NCBI GenBank assembly: GCA_000708835.1
Contig: DF237112.1
Coordinates: 1 to 64,000 of the forward strand
From: Klebsormidium nitens
Taxonomy: Eukaryota; Plantae; Klebsormidiophyceae
Direction of reading: 5' to 3'
Length of the DNA stretch: 64,000 nt
The notes under the pieces were generated by a model. It ran no database searches. It worked only from the letters and a program-made list of their open reading frames with translations, and was not told where the DNA came from. Both the position numbers and the translations under genes were made by a program. Below, in pieces: positions 41,801 to 55,577 of this stretch (within the stretch, counting starts at the first letter, position 1; each line of letters begins with the position of its first letter).

Positions 41801-43664
41801 AAGCCACTGAGCCATATGTTAAGTCTCATTATTAGGCCCAAAACGAACGACCCTACAAACCATCTGAACGGTACAGGAATAAGTTGGGGCATATATGTTT
41901 GTTCTTTAGCTTGGGACGCACCATTCCAAAGACCTAAGGGCGTCCGCCAAGAAGATTGGAAGGGAGAAGGGAGAAGCAGCGCGGCCGCGCAGAGCGCTTC
42001 TCAGTAGCTAGTCGAATGTCGACAATATAAACAAAGTCGAGAAGAGACAATGAAAGCGAATCAAAGCTCAAATTAAAGAAGCTTGCGGTACGTCGTAGTG
42101 ACTGGCAATCTCACCTGTGGATGTAGATGCTGTAGTGGTCCTTGCTGGGCGCTCCCCGGAAGAATCGGTCCCAGATCCGGTCGGTGTGAATACGCCCGTT
42201 CGCCAGGAACATGAACGCGATCTTGGACGGCCGCAGCACCCAGGGCTCCGAGGTCTCCCGGGAGAGCCCATTCACACCGGCCACCAGCCGCTTTCCGAGG
42301 AGCCCGTTCACGTCGCCCCTGAACGGCCGCGGCTTCTGACGGTTGCCGCTCACCCCGGCCTCCCGAAAGCGCTCGGAAAGCCGATTCACACCGGCCGCGA
42401 GCGGAACTTGGGAGGGCGGCTTTTCAACGCGCCGACTCACACTGTTGCCTGAGGAGCGCCTGGACCACGCATTCTCAGCGCCCGCGTTTTGCGGTGAAGG
42501 TATCGCGGGTTTTGAATCGCCCGATTCGCTTCGTTTGAGTACTGCAGTCAGGTTCAGCTTCGCAAGTCGTGGCCGAGACTTAGCAGAAGATGACTCTTCC
42601 GCCCAGTTTTTTCCAGAAGCCAGATTCAACCACCTTCTTGAGGCATTCGAGGGAACTGTAAAGTTTGAAACCCTGGGTAGAGAAGAGTTGGTTCTATGGA
42701 GAGTGCTACGAGGTCGAGTTTGTCCTCTCAACCCAGACGCTTCGTCGAGATCTCCTACTTTTGCCGACTCGTTGTTCTGCCCTCTCCCATCTGATAGCCC
42801 TTGCCTTTTCAACGACGCGTCTTGTCCCTGCGACGAATTTTGAGTGGAGACTCGAGCAGTTTCTCTCAGAACCACCGATTTTGTCGTCCGCTCGATCCCC
42901 GGATCTCGCAAGCCAGCGGGGTCGCTCGTGCCGCTAAACTGTTGAGAATTCGCAGTCAGACTCTGCCGTTTCGTTTCCGTTTCCGCTTCCGCTGCCGTTC
43001 CGGCGGTTACTGCCACCGAGACCCCCTCCATACCGTTCTCCTGTGTGTCAGACCGATTCTCTAAACCGCTTCCGACGCTTTCCGCTGTCTGATTGTTCCG
43101 CTCCTCCGTTCCGCTTTGGTTCCGGGCAAGCCCTTTCCCATCGCTCACTCTCAGTGCCGGATCCCTCACTCTCGCCATCTCGCTTATCGGTTCCGTTCCG
43201 CTGACTGGCTTCGTTCCACTTATCCTGTCCGTGCCGCTGACTTCTTCCGTTCCGCTCCCCTCATTCCTCCGCACGGCCACCTCACTCCTCTTTCCGCTCC
43301 CTTTGCTTTGCCTCTTACCCCCGCTCTCACTAGGGCCACTAAGAAAGCCTGACTTCCCCCGCTCCGTTGATTCAAACTCAAAGCCGCGACTCTCAAAAGC
43401 AGGTCCATTATCAGCGTTCACCGTTCCGAACCCCAAGGAAATTACAATTGCTTCGCAAATCGATATCTCGTTTCCCGGACACCGCCCACATCTTTGCAGA
43501 CTCGCAAAACCCTGGAAAAGAAAGACGAGGCACGCCGCTGACAGAAGCAGGCAGCAGCGGCGCAGCGCGCGCGCGCGCGCGCCCCTCCCGCGTCTCCACG
43601 TGTCGGAGCAGTCATTTGCGCCATCCTCGCCACCCCGCGACGTGTCCGACTCTTTTGCCTTCAT
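38899..43664 (-). CDS. Core-2/I-branching beta-1,6-GlcNAc transferase family (GT14-like, DUF266/BC10-type) with a long stem region
   Basis: The TM anchor (CCLLLSAACLVFLF) and long S/G/E-rich stem are followed by SKIAFMFLANG..WDRFF..HYSIYIH. Later exons give GFEYNERTT..FYGR, ALQDASNQWFVLLSDSCVPL, SFVDS..FRKGSQ, WMTV.RKHA..CQDEHY..TLTYV, DW and CYLFARKF. Confidence 0.92.
40335..40370. repeat. 8-bp minisatellite (AACCTTCA)x4 in a GT14 gene intron
   Basis: Direct reading: AACCTTCAAACCTTCAAACCTTCAAACCTTCAAACC. Confidence 0.9.
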
Positions 43665-46321
43665 TGCATTCTCGCAGGGCGCGGTACCTTGTAGATTACT
43701 AGTCACTGGGGAGCCCTTTGCTTGCTTGGGAGGAGATCAGCCCACAGATCTAAAACTGAGCTGGAAATTCTGTCTGCCCCCTTTCTGAATGCTGCCAATA
43801 TCTGGCGCCTTACTTGAGAATGATCTTAGTCTTTTCTCTACTCTGTGGCTATCACGGTCCTATTGAGTCATGTCTTGTGTTCACAGCAATTCATTCTGGC
43901 TTCATGCAACTCTTGCTCTTTACTGTGTGCCTCGATGAACACGAAAGCTGCACTATCGCTCTCTGCTTCAAGTAGCTCTGTTCACAGTTTCTGCTCGTAC
44001 GAAGGCTGGATCTAAGATGGCTTGACATTTATTCTTGACCATTGCCAAAGCCTTGGCAGATTGAACGCAGACCCGCAGGACTGCTGATTTTGCATTCAAC
44101 AAGTAACATGGGGCAGTGCGCGGGTTGAGCTTACAGCTTGCTTGCACAATATTGCATTACATGGGGTGCCAGCACGTCCCAAAAAATTTCTGCAGGTTCT
44201 GACAGATGGCAGTGTGCATGCACAACGATACCGGTCGACGGCGTTCGCTTTTTGCCACGGTTGGCGGAAGCGGGCAATGGGCATGATTTGGTGGCCTCGT
44301 ATTGCCTCGAAAGCTGCACATTTTTCGTAGCCCACCGTTTTCGAAACTGCGCTCGGCTCAAGGATCGGAGTTCGGGCTCCAAGAACCTCGTCGAAAGTCC
44401 CATCTTGTTCGATGTTTGTCGGTTTCGAGGGACCAGCGAACGGAAGGGTTTTTGAAGGTGAATCTCAAAGCGCATTATCGATCTTCGAGAAGTTCCGATG
44501 TATTTACCAGAACTCTTGGGATCCGTCGCTAGCCCTCTGGCCAATTGGAACGCTCAGTTTGCCACCTGTGAAAAGAAGGTACGTCCTGTTGCACAATCAA
44601 GCACGGGCGGTATGGACCGGCTTGAGGCTGTGTCGAAGGTGCGAGAAGGGACAGTAGAGCACCTTCAGATCGACGTCGAACAATGCAGATCAAAAAAGGG
44701 CATCGGAGGACCGGATGTTCTGCAGTAAATAAACGCTGACCAAATATACATTCGCCTCATACTGGTAAGTCTTGTGCGCCCTAACAGCTGTTTGCCCTAT
44801 GATTAGTAGACCCCGAGCAAGCAAACCAAAACTCTTAACCCAAAAACTTACGCGCTCCGCACTCTTACTCCAATCCACCCTAAGCACCAAGCCAATCCCA
44901 CCCGTCCCCCGGGCGCCTATCTTAAGGCACACTGCGGTTAGGTCAAAGTAGAGTTACCAAAGTATTCGCCTCGACTTCGATCATATTTGTAGATGGAAGG
45001 CGGTCCGTCGGATGTCTTTTGCCCCTTATCAACGATTGAGCTCCAGAGTGGAATGTGGGTACCAGATTTCGAGACCTGTTTCTTTGAAGACCCAAGAATC
45101 TGTGGATTTTGTTTCCTTTCAAGCAGAGGGAACTGCCGCTTTTTGAGTAAGTGCGTGCTTCTCTGAAATTAGGCGTTTTGAATAGCTGAGTCGGGGAATT
45201 GCAGTGGAGTAACCTCTCGTAAGCATACGATGCCAGAAGCTTGTGTTCCCGTTTGTTAAGTTCTACACTCTCACTAACCGGAAACCTTGACGTTAACCCT
45301 CACAGCCCGCGACTGTAGAATTGTTGGGTTCCATGGGCCAACATAAATTTGTACACTGAATACTGCTGCTCAATCGAGCTTAATCGTACTAGGACGGCGG
45401 TCTGTGAAAGAACTTTCAATGAGTCACGGAAGACGCAGAAATGGGAAACGGACTGTGATGTGAGAATGATCTTTTTCACAGCCATTGATAGTTTCTGTTT
45501 CATGATCACGAGCATGGTATAATAGGGCTGCGCGCATGCAGGCCCCATGGAGACGCCTGAATGAAAATCAAGAAAAAGCATCGCGATAAATGTGGATTGT
45601 CAAGTACTCAGGTTCTTGCGTTGCGCGCTCATTTAGTGCATTTTGGCGGACTGTTTCGTCCATTCTTGAGGCGCACTACTTGCATGTTTTATACAGTCAC
45701 TGTGATGGGTATCAAGCATGTGATAAAACTTTTGCGTCTGGCATGCTAATAATCCTGTTCCTTGTTTCTGTCGTATGGTAAGTGTAGGTGAACAGAATCT
45801 TTGCCTTAGTCCAACTCCGTACAGCAAGAAACTGTACGTTTCCTCATCTCAAGCAATGCTACTAACTACTCAATGATTACCCGTTATGAACTACCAGTCC
45901 TAAGCCGTCTCTTGCAGAGACACTGCCAAACTGGCAATAAGCAGTTCAAAACCTCGCCTCAGCGGTGATCTATTACGACCTACCCGTTACGCCGTAAGTG
46001 AATTCCCCCGTTCCGTCTAGCACGTATGCGTATGTGCGCTCGACGCCCGTTTCTAGAAAGTACGGACTTTTCGCCGTTCTCTGATAAGCTCTAACCATCC
46101 TCTGCCATATCCTACAGCTTCAGTATCACTACGTTATAGATTACATTTGAAGTATATCGTCGCCAATACATGTCAGCTTCTAATCGTCGGCAGTATCCGT
46201 TCCTCCGCTTAATTTCCGCTCTCATCGCGCAACTCTTCGCACGGAATTCATTCACTCACCGGACCCACAAGTACCTTATAAGTTATCTCCTTAAAGTATT
46301 CCCATTTTACCCGCTTAATCA

Positions 46322-49300
46322 TCAAACGCCAACCCACACGTCAGCCTTGACGACAGCATCCCCCCAGTACGGATCCGGGAACCAAGCCTGCGGCAAAATC
46401 TGCGACAACAATTTCATCGCGCCCAGCCCCTGGGGGGCTCCGCTGCCCGTGTCTTTTACCCCCCACCCCAAGAACTTGAGGTACTGCGTGCCTCTCGGGT
46501 CAGCAGTGTTGCCGTTGTTGGTGTTGTAGAAAGCGTATGGCGACGTGCTGACGACGGTTTGCCCCGTGCTGACGTATTTGAGGAGGAAGAGCGGAAGCGA
46601 GTGCGGCAGGGGGTGGTCGATCGGGTACCAGCTCGTGACCGGGATCGGGGCGCCGACGGACATGAATCCGGTTTCCGCGGCGGAAAACTGGAGCGGGCCC
46701 TTGCTGACGTGTTGCTGCGCACGGGAGGTTTGGAACAGGTTGGTACTCCGTTGCGGTTGAAATATTTGATTTCATTAGGATGCCTATAAACATCGATTCT
46801 CGTCTGTATTACTCTTTCGATGAGATGTCCAATTTGTCAAGAATCTTCCTTGAAAAAGGTTCGCTTGATAAACGAATGTCCCGCTTCTCAGTGTGAATCC
46901 ATTGTGAATCTCAAAGGCTCAGAAAAGAACATCAGGAGAGATGTCGTGGAAGAGATCAGGAAATCGGCCAAAAGAAAGTATGAGCCATGCAGCTTTACCT
47001 TATGCAACGGAGATTGGTTGACAAATAAATCAAAAACCCAGGACTGTTCTCACGACTTCAACGTCTCGCAACAAGGCAATTTTGGGAGCCCTCAATCATA
47101 TTCGCCCATAGGTTTGGACCCACCAAAGCGAGCACAATTATCGTCCAGATTTTTGCAACGACGTATACGCCGCAAAGGAAGCGGGGGGGCTCGTGGGGGC
47201 TGCAGCCCCCCAGATCTTAGGTGTGAAAGAAAGGCCTGGTGAATTGCACCAGGCAAAGAGTCCTCTAAAATAGCGTCGAATGGTTTTGCTAGGCCAAACG
47301 TATTGACTGACCTGCAAATCTGGCACGGCCCCCGCAATGTTCCCGACGCTGTTTAACACCATGTAGTACCGGGCGTAAAACACACCCCCCGCGGGGAGCG
47401 CCGCCGTCACTTTCTCCCAGGGCTGGTTCATGTGAATATGCTCGATGACGTTCAGGTCTTCCGTCGGAAGCCGCCCGAAGCGAATGAGCGACTGCGGCCA
47501 GGGCTGCGTGTTCTGGTTGGGGGCGTACACGATGCCGATCGCGTCCGCGGCCGCCTGCGCGGAAATCAATGGGGTTTTTAAAAGGTATAGCGTCTTAGGC
47601 GCAGTTTGTCTTTCCCTTGGGTCGTGGGCAATCAAAATGGAGGAGCGAATCCGTTGCAAGCTTTCGTGTTCTGGGCGCATACACGATGCTGATCGTGTCC
47701 GCGGCCGCCTGCGCACAAAAGTTTTTAATGTTTGAGCTTCTTAGGAGACGAGGTGTAACCCTGCCGAGCGATTGCTGTCAGCTTCGCGTTTGCTGATTGG
47801 GCGCGTGGTGCCGCTCGCATACCGAGGGCCGCCTGCGCGCGGACATGCTGGTTTAGGGGCTCAATCGTTTAAGTCGTCCAGGGCTTTGAAGTTCTGGCCG
47901 GCGGGACATTGACACTCCGGGCAACTTCAAAAACCTTGTTTCGATTCTCTAAAGACTTTGGAAACTGGGTTGTGCAGATTCTTCCGTCCAGCTCTGCCCC
48001 GCGAGAAACCCGATGTTGAAAAAGAGGTCGTAAGATTCAAATCGAAATTCGAATTAAAGGTTATCATTTATCACTTTGAAAGGCAGCAAAATCCTTCAGG
48101 TCCCTCCTCTTTTGGGTCCCAGAAGCGCAGAACCAGACTCAAAGCGTCGATGGTCTTGATCCCAGAGGGTAATCTGACGCACGTCCTGCTTTGCTGCTTG
48201 GTTGCCCGGCCCACACCCCCTTCGTAATTCAAGCATACAGTCATGAGATTAGTTTGGAAAACAAGTTTCTATATCTTAAAAACAATTCTGCTTACGTCTT
48301 GAGTCTTGGCGAAGGCCATCCACCCCCCCGAGGAGCTGTCCGCGGGCGGAGTGTACTCCCAGGCACCGGAGTGGTCCTCAAAGTGGTACCCACCGGTCTT
48401 TTCGCCGACTGCGTATTGCGGAAATTGGCTGCAATAAAGAGGGCGGGAGATCAAACATTTGGCAGTGCGCTGCTTGCGCTTGGGTTGGCTATTCGCATGC
48501 AACAGGCGTAGCAGATTTGCAGGTTTTGGAGCTTCTTGATTTCTGGATCTTGATGTAGGTGATTTGGATTTCAGGGAAGGAGATCTGACGGCTAATGGTT
48601 TTGTGAAGTGAGAGCAGACTTTCAGCAATCGCGCTTGCTGTAAGATTGAACTCCAAGAAAGCATCGGTGCACGTCGCCAAGATTGGAGTCTGCTTTGTTT
48701 AAGATCGAAAGTCTTCGGAATCACAAAGAAGATTCTTTTGAGTCTCGGAGCACGCAAATTTCTGCCTTTTTTCCCTCCAACAGATTCTCCAGCTTCGGCG
48801 ATTGAAAGCACGACTCATTCAAGGCCCGCCCAAAACAGATCTGCATATCCACAGTCCTTGTAAAAAACCGCTCACCTGAACTTGAAGCCGCCCCAGGGCG
48901 CGTCGACAAACTGCAGGTCGAACGGCCCGAAGTTGTGGAACACGTACGTCAGTTCGACGATGCCGTTCCCGATGTCCCTCAGGTGCTGTTGCAGCAAAAC
49001 CCACTGCCAAAAGTTCTTATCCGCCAAATCCCGCTCGTAAATCTGAGCTTGCTGGGGCAGTGTAACTACGCTGATACCCCGGTCGAGTGCCCCGGTCGAG
49101 ACGCCCAGGTTGGGGGAGTAGAGCGGGAACGGGTTGGGGGATTTCTGCGGGTACGAACCGGCCTGCTGGAGTGTGTAGGCACCGGGGTAACGGAGGTCGC
49201 TGACGCATGATTGGAGGACGCGGTCCATCCATTGCGTTTGGGAGGCCTGGCAGCAGACCAGCTCGGCACCCCCCGAAGTGGAGGTCCTGCAGAAGGTGGG

Positions 49301-50930
49301 TTAAGTTGAGGTTAAGTTAGTAACAGAACTTTATTGCGTGCGGAAACTGCTGATCTTTTTCACATGGTATGATTGACAAAACCTGGACAGAAGTTTCAAC
49401 TTTCGACTGAGCTGTCTTCGAAAGGGTCGGTACGTTCAGTGAAAGCGGACCAACAATCGCTCTTCCTTTCGCGAACAGTCGTGAACTCTGGCTTCAGCTA
49501 AGCGAATATTGACCTCTTTTTTGGAAGGTCCTAGGTTAGTCTAACCCAGCTGACACTACCCAAACGCTTTTCAACCCGCATAAGCTATGCGACTCACTTG
49601 ATCGAGTACACGTGGCCGCTTGGCCCGATGCGCAGCTCCCACTCGTGGTCGCCATGATGCTTCAAACTCCGGAAGAAAACCGCGTTCTCGCCTAACCCGA
49701 ACTTCGTATCCGGGTTAACCAAGTTTTCCGACACTTCAAACCAGCCGTCATTTCTGCTCGGGGCGCTGTTTCCGGGAATCAGCCAGTAGCTGTTGAACAG
49801 GCGGTCGCGACCGGTCGGGTTAGCGGTCGGGGACGCGGTTACGGGCGCAGCAGGGGCGGCGGTTGGGTTAGCGGTCACCGGTGCTTGGGTCGGGTTAGTG
49901 GTCGGGTTAGGGGTAATTTGCTGGATAACCGCGGTTGGGGTCGGAGTTGCCGGCGCTGCCGTGGGTTTTCCCGTGGGGGGTCCAGATGCGACGCCAATCC
50001 GATCCCCCGAGCAGTACGGGTAGCTTTTCGGGTTTACCGGGCACTGGGTTAGGCAGCAAAACCCGCGCGAACCGTCGGAGACGAAGCACATGGCGGTCGG
50101 GCAGTAATTCGCAACCATGGGCGTCGCGGTACTTCCTAACGGAACCGGGAAAGCGGCGATCGGGTTAACCATGGGAGGGTTATCAGGCGGGTTATAGTCG
50201 CCCGTTGTGGGGGGGTTGGTTTGCGGAGGGTTTGTAGTGGGGTTTGTGGGAGCACTTGTCGGGGGTGGATTCGTAGGGGCTTTCGTCGGGGGGGGGTTGG
50301 TTGGGGCTTTCGTAGGGGGAGGTTTCGAGGGTGTCCCCGTGGGGGGGCTGGTTTGCGTTGCTGGAGCACCCCCCTGGCAGGTGGGCCGCGCGCCGTTGAA
50401 GTTCCCACATCCGGCGGCGCAGCAGATGAAGGATGCGCCGTCGGGGGCGTAGCACGGGTTTTGGAAACTGGGGTTGGGGCAACCTGGTGGAGTTAAGGAA
50501 GGGGTTTAGAACGCGTGCAGCAAGCAGACGTCAGAGCTAGTAGTGAGGACAAGTGGGCAGCAAGAAACAGGGGAAAGCGTGGTTGACTTGAACAGATTGT
50601 TCCAACGAGTTTTGATGCAGGTTGAACCCTTATCTTGTTCTTTAAGCAATGCTCATACAGTTCATGTTAACTGGGAGCGTGTACCAAGAAACTATAATGC
50701 CAACTCTAAACGCGAATTCAAGGGCGTTCGCTTGCCCGCCAAGAAATAACTCATGATGCTTCCGTGGCTTGAATTCTCGAATCATCAGCCCGCAGCGAGT
50801 TGATCTCTAAGACAGCAGCCGAAACATCCCTAGAGCTCTAGATGGGTTAAGACGAATCATGGAGGAGGTCTCGAAGCGGGTGTGCACCTGACTGCAGAAG
50901 CTCTCTCCCGTTCGTGGCGATTATGGGCTG
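46322..50930 (-). CDS. Putative secreted modular protein: two 6-Cys modules, Pro/Thr-rich linkers and a large C-terminal domain of unknown function
   Basis: Exons ~50886-50930 (AQPIIATNGRELLQS), 49596-50484, ~48875-49285, ~48297-48435, ~47314-47554 and 46322-~46718 are joined by GT-AG junctions (5' junction phase checked; some internal ends approximate). The domain includes WELRIGPSGHVYS, QQAGSY..PLYSP, LRDIGNGIVELTYVFHNFG and VDAPWGG. The signal-peptide exon was not located. Confidence 0.75.
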
Positions 50931-53900
50931 AGCCTGCACAGGCGAAGAGGCAATCTCAGTCCTTCGGAGTGCCCATAATCCAGATTGTGCGCCGACGTGT
51001 CCGCGCCTTTTTGGCAGTTCTTCATTTCCTGGAACATGCTCCTCATATTCTTTACGAAGCAGGCTAAGGATATGTGAAGAAAAGGAGGCTAGCGGAGGGC
51101 TGAAACAGTCCCGCGAAAGCTCGCATCTTGAAGCTGTTTGACAGAGCAGAGCCCGGACTCGTCGGAGCGGCTCCGCATAGTGAATCCAAGCACGGGACCA
51201 TTACCCGTAACCAAGATTCCGAGATCGAAAACGACTTAGAAAAGCTCACCAGGCCAAAACTGTCCGACAGAGCGGCGCCCAGGTTCAACACCTCGAGGTC
51301 AGCGGACTCGAGCAAGGCTGGGTCGATGCTAGAAGGGCCTGTAAGCAGAAGAAAGTTCTGATTGGATGAGAAGAGTGGCGAGCTCAGACATGGGAAGTCC
51401 CCAACCCCTTGTCCTCTGCCTCGTCTAGTTGGGTCGGTGTCAGAGGGTTCTGGAGAGACGCTAGGTTCTCAGTTCCTGCATCAAAGCTATCCAAACTGCG
51501 AAGTAGAAGTTGGTCAAAGAGCTGGAAGGGTAACTGTTTGAGGTAACTGTTGAGGTAACTGTATTCTTTGACTGAGGTGACTACAGAACCATAGCTGAGG
51601 GCGGATCCAGTATGGATTGCCAAGTAGAGATGCGAAGGAAGAAGAGGCTCGGATCAAACGGGTACGCTGCAGAAAAAATGCATGCCGAGCGAACAATTGC
51701 CAAAGGTTGAGCACGTCAGAAACGCTGCGTGAGGTGCTTCCTTTACTATGTAAACCTCAACGGATAGTAAGGCAGCTCTTGTTAAAGTGGTGGCTGCTGT
51801 TTTCAACGATCTATGAAGTTGAGGATCTCATGAGTCCACTTCTAATCAAAACCGGTGTTTGGGTCACTTGGGCAAGGACCTATTTGTAATGCTTAATGCA
51901 CAGTCGAGCTGTTTGTTGGCCAAGTTCTTGTACTCTGACAGCCCCTGATTTATAGTACCCCTCTGTTTCCAGCCATTGGAAGCGTGCAAGAACAAACGGC
52001 ACCAGTACGTTTCACTTATAAAAGATTGACAAGTGAAGTGGCGTTCAAGACTCCTCCGACATTGATGGGCATCATTACATCATGAAGATCGCCCCCCTCT
52101 TGATATCCAAAACTTGATGCAACACCCGTGCGTCTATTCCTCCAGCCCTGCACCGATTGATGGAACTTCTCCGAGCTATACCGAATAGCCTGAGCTAGGC
52201 ACCCCCCTTTTGTTTGAATATGCGCTTGCTTAGGCTTACTCAAGAACTGAGAGCTTGAAAAAGGCACACTTCTGTGCATCGCCCCCAGATGCACAGGCCC
52301 TTGAAAGATAGAGCTCGACCAGACGTGCTTGATATGCACCTTTTTGGAGCATTGATTTAATTATCAACACTACTGTGAGAAAAGACCGATCAGATGTGAG
52401 ACTGATTGAAAGAAGCTTCAAGGAATGGCACGAAGGAAGGAACGTCAGAAAGTGAGGCACGTTTTCTCACCCACTCTACCAGCGTAGGTCGACTGCGTTG
52501 TCATCAGCATGACTCCACAAAGAAGGAGAAGTATCACATCAAGTCTTGAGCCCGCCATTATGGCCCGAGTACTGGGAAGGAGCTTTGCAATTGGCGTGAT
52601 CCCTTTGGATGGCTAAGATTTGTTGCGCTTTGCAAAGCTTTTCAAACAGGAGCTCTCAGCCAGTCTTCAACGCTTTTCAGTTGCACCCCTAAAAACGTGG
52701 GCGAGACTGCAGCGATTGCTCTTATGCATCACGCCTTCTCAAAGGCGCCCTATGTGGGCTGATTGCCCTCTTACGAATATAATCAAACCGATCATGGCAC
52801 TGCTTTGGAAGGATTAGCAGCTGAAATTGGCTCGTTACAGAGTGCAAGCAATCCCCGCAATCGCTTATAGAGTGTCTTTCAAGGTACAGAAAGCTGTGAG
52901 CTACTTCCAATGCTGCCCGTCCCAGTGCGAGCTGGATAGCTTTGCTTCGAACCAAAGCTGAGTGATCTGACAGCTCCAAACCTAGCAACACTTCCGTAAT
53001 GACGTGATTTTCGAAGGTTGAAGAAACACCTTTTCTGAGACAGGGCTGTGAAGATATGACTTGACCCTTCATTTCTCCTCAAGAAGGGAAACAGCATGAA
53101 AAACTTCCGTCTCCTCCAGCTTGAAGTTAAGTGACATGATGCCATCCTGAGAGCTCGGCTGTTCATGCTGAACCAGCTATCTAAGCTTGTGAAAACAACC
53201 TCCTAACTCCCGCAGAGAAGAGGCGGCTTGAACGCTAGCTTGTTTCCGCCACTAAGTTGAAGTTGTGCATTTTTGGCGATCCTGACACCCTTTTCTGTGA
53301 GCTCATCAGCTGGTGTTAGAAGTTTGTGATCATGATGGCCGTCAACCACGACTTTTGAAACTTGAAAGCCGCTGCCCACAGTGTTTTACCGGGCTTAGCC
53401 ACGTACATAGTAGGTACGGTACCTTTTTACCCACCATCATGACCGCGGCCGCGGCGCCGGGGCGCCGGGTGATGTACCTCAAGTTTCAACCTTATGCTTG
53501 AAGATGCGCCGTCGATACTCGGTATCGACGGCCTGACAGATCCAAAATTGCATGACGCGCGCATCAAGCTCGACTTCTTGCGGCCCAGGTCAGCCCAGGT
53601 CCGAACAGGGTTGACTGTGTATACTTCGGCCGGCAGCCTCGGCAGTCTGGCTCGCTCAGTTTTGAGGTCAGTTTTGGGTAGGTACCTACTACCAGTATAC
53701 CTACTGCCGCGACTGAAAATCCCAAAGTACGAGAGTACGGTACTAAGCAGTAGGACCTTCTTGGTGAATCTGGACGCACCGGATCTTTCCAACAACGTTG
53801 ATTCAACGATCCGCAGAAGGCTCCGTTGATGTCAGCTGGGGCCTCGGTATCTTGATGTCACCAACATGGAGAAGGCATGGACATTGGAGATCCCTTAATT

Positions 53901-55577
53901 CAGGGCGAGTTCTTCGGACTACTACAATACTACCTACTAGATAAGGACCTAATACTGCAACACTCGGAGTAAGCTCAATCTGACCTTGGCTGCGAAATCT
54001 TCTCCCATTCGTCACATTAAAATCTCCGTACCTGTCGTCCACTCCCTGGCCACTCGATTTACGCATGCCGGGGGCCCCATGGACCCATGATGCCGCGCGA
54101 ACAAATCAGCCAGCCACGAGCACTGGGGCAAGGCTGCTGGAGCTATGGAGCTGGGCTTTTAGCCAGAGAATCCATTTCCGACTCTCGAATCAGGCATGGC
54201 GAACTAAAGTTCCTTGCTGCATATTTTTTAAAGTTACAGCGCTGACAAGGGGCATGATTTGCCATTAAGCCTGGTACCTGCCTGGATTCTATAGAGCAAG
54301 AGCCTGTGCCAGGCTCGATACGGGCACATAATCTGACCAACCCGAAGCATGCGCCTCTGTCACACCTTGTGCACAGTATATTAGATAAAAGCTCTCCATT
54401 CCTTCGAGGCTAGAAAGCGATCCTTAGGGGGGCCTGGCACGACCGTGCTACGGCCGCGTCAGTGGCATTTTCTGCCAGTAACAAATCAAGGATTTGCCGC
54501 CATGATCTCGTCGATAGACAATTGGCCGGTCGTCGGAAACATCATATCTAGATTGGCTGTCCGGATCTGGGCCCGCGCACGCGCCTTATAAAATTCCGAA
54601 TCCAGAGAACAAATGAGCTCTGGAAGCTCGGGACCAAGACCTCATGATCTTCCGCGGGGCAGTTTGGTTTCCACAGAATACTGGCAGGCTTAAATTTCAA
54701 CGCCTTGATTCGATCAACAAGTACCGGACCTCGAAGCAGCCCGGCCAGTCCGGGAGTTTTTGACTGATGATATACGTCGCATGCAAGCATCAACTATTGC
54801 CTTTGGCACCCAGGTATGACGTCATGCGCGCGCACCCCGTGCAGTCATGCAAGTACCAGAACACGATCATGAGATCATGTAATTAGTATGTACCCACGCC
54901 GCGGGTGATTACAGACATTGGATACTTCGAGTCGAGCATGGCCAATTCTAGTTCTCAAAGATGGGCCGCGGCCTTGTCCGATGCAATGGCTCGAAGCCGC
55001 CTGGCCCGGAATGCACAGAAGATGCATTCAGATGATTGATCGCCATCGATTGTGTCGCGGATCGAAAGGTCTTCAGAGATTGCCCAAGTTCTGAGGCGCT
55101 CGACTTATAAGCAATTAGTATGAGGCGAGCGACGCAATCATGATTTCCAAGTTGCAAATGTAATTTTCTGTGAATAGCCCACTGGCCTGCATGCCAGCAT
55201 TGACCGGACGCCACGTGACTGTGCGAGGCTACTAGCTTGGCCTTCGTGCGCGGCATGTTAGCCCAAACCTTCATCAGCTGGCCCGGCATACTGTTGGGTG
55301 CAGTGCCATGAACAATCATGGGTTGCGTTGACACGATTGGACCAATGACTCGGAGTCTCGCCATCACAAACTTTAGCTTGCAAAGAGCACCTGACTTCCT
55401 AATAGGCTGAGCCGCGGCGCCTGTTACGCTTCTGATCATTCTCTGACTGCCAGCCGCGCTGCTACCGTGCAAACTAACTCGATTAAGATGGACACAATCG
55501 AGAACTTGTAACCATCATCATGTTACGGCTGCATTTCCACGCTTCGACTTAGAACTTGAAAAGCAAGCCGCGAGGTC

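Noticed and set aside
45060-45150. CGFCFLSSRGNCRF, a CCCH-finger-like peptide
   Set aside because: No final His and no supporting ORF or exon chain.
46820-47242. 140-aa antisense intronic ORF starting MRCPICQ (Zn-finger-like)
   Set aside because: The Cys spacing does not complete a RING or Zn ribbon, the ORF runs into the GC repeat, and there is no other support.
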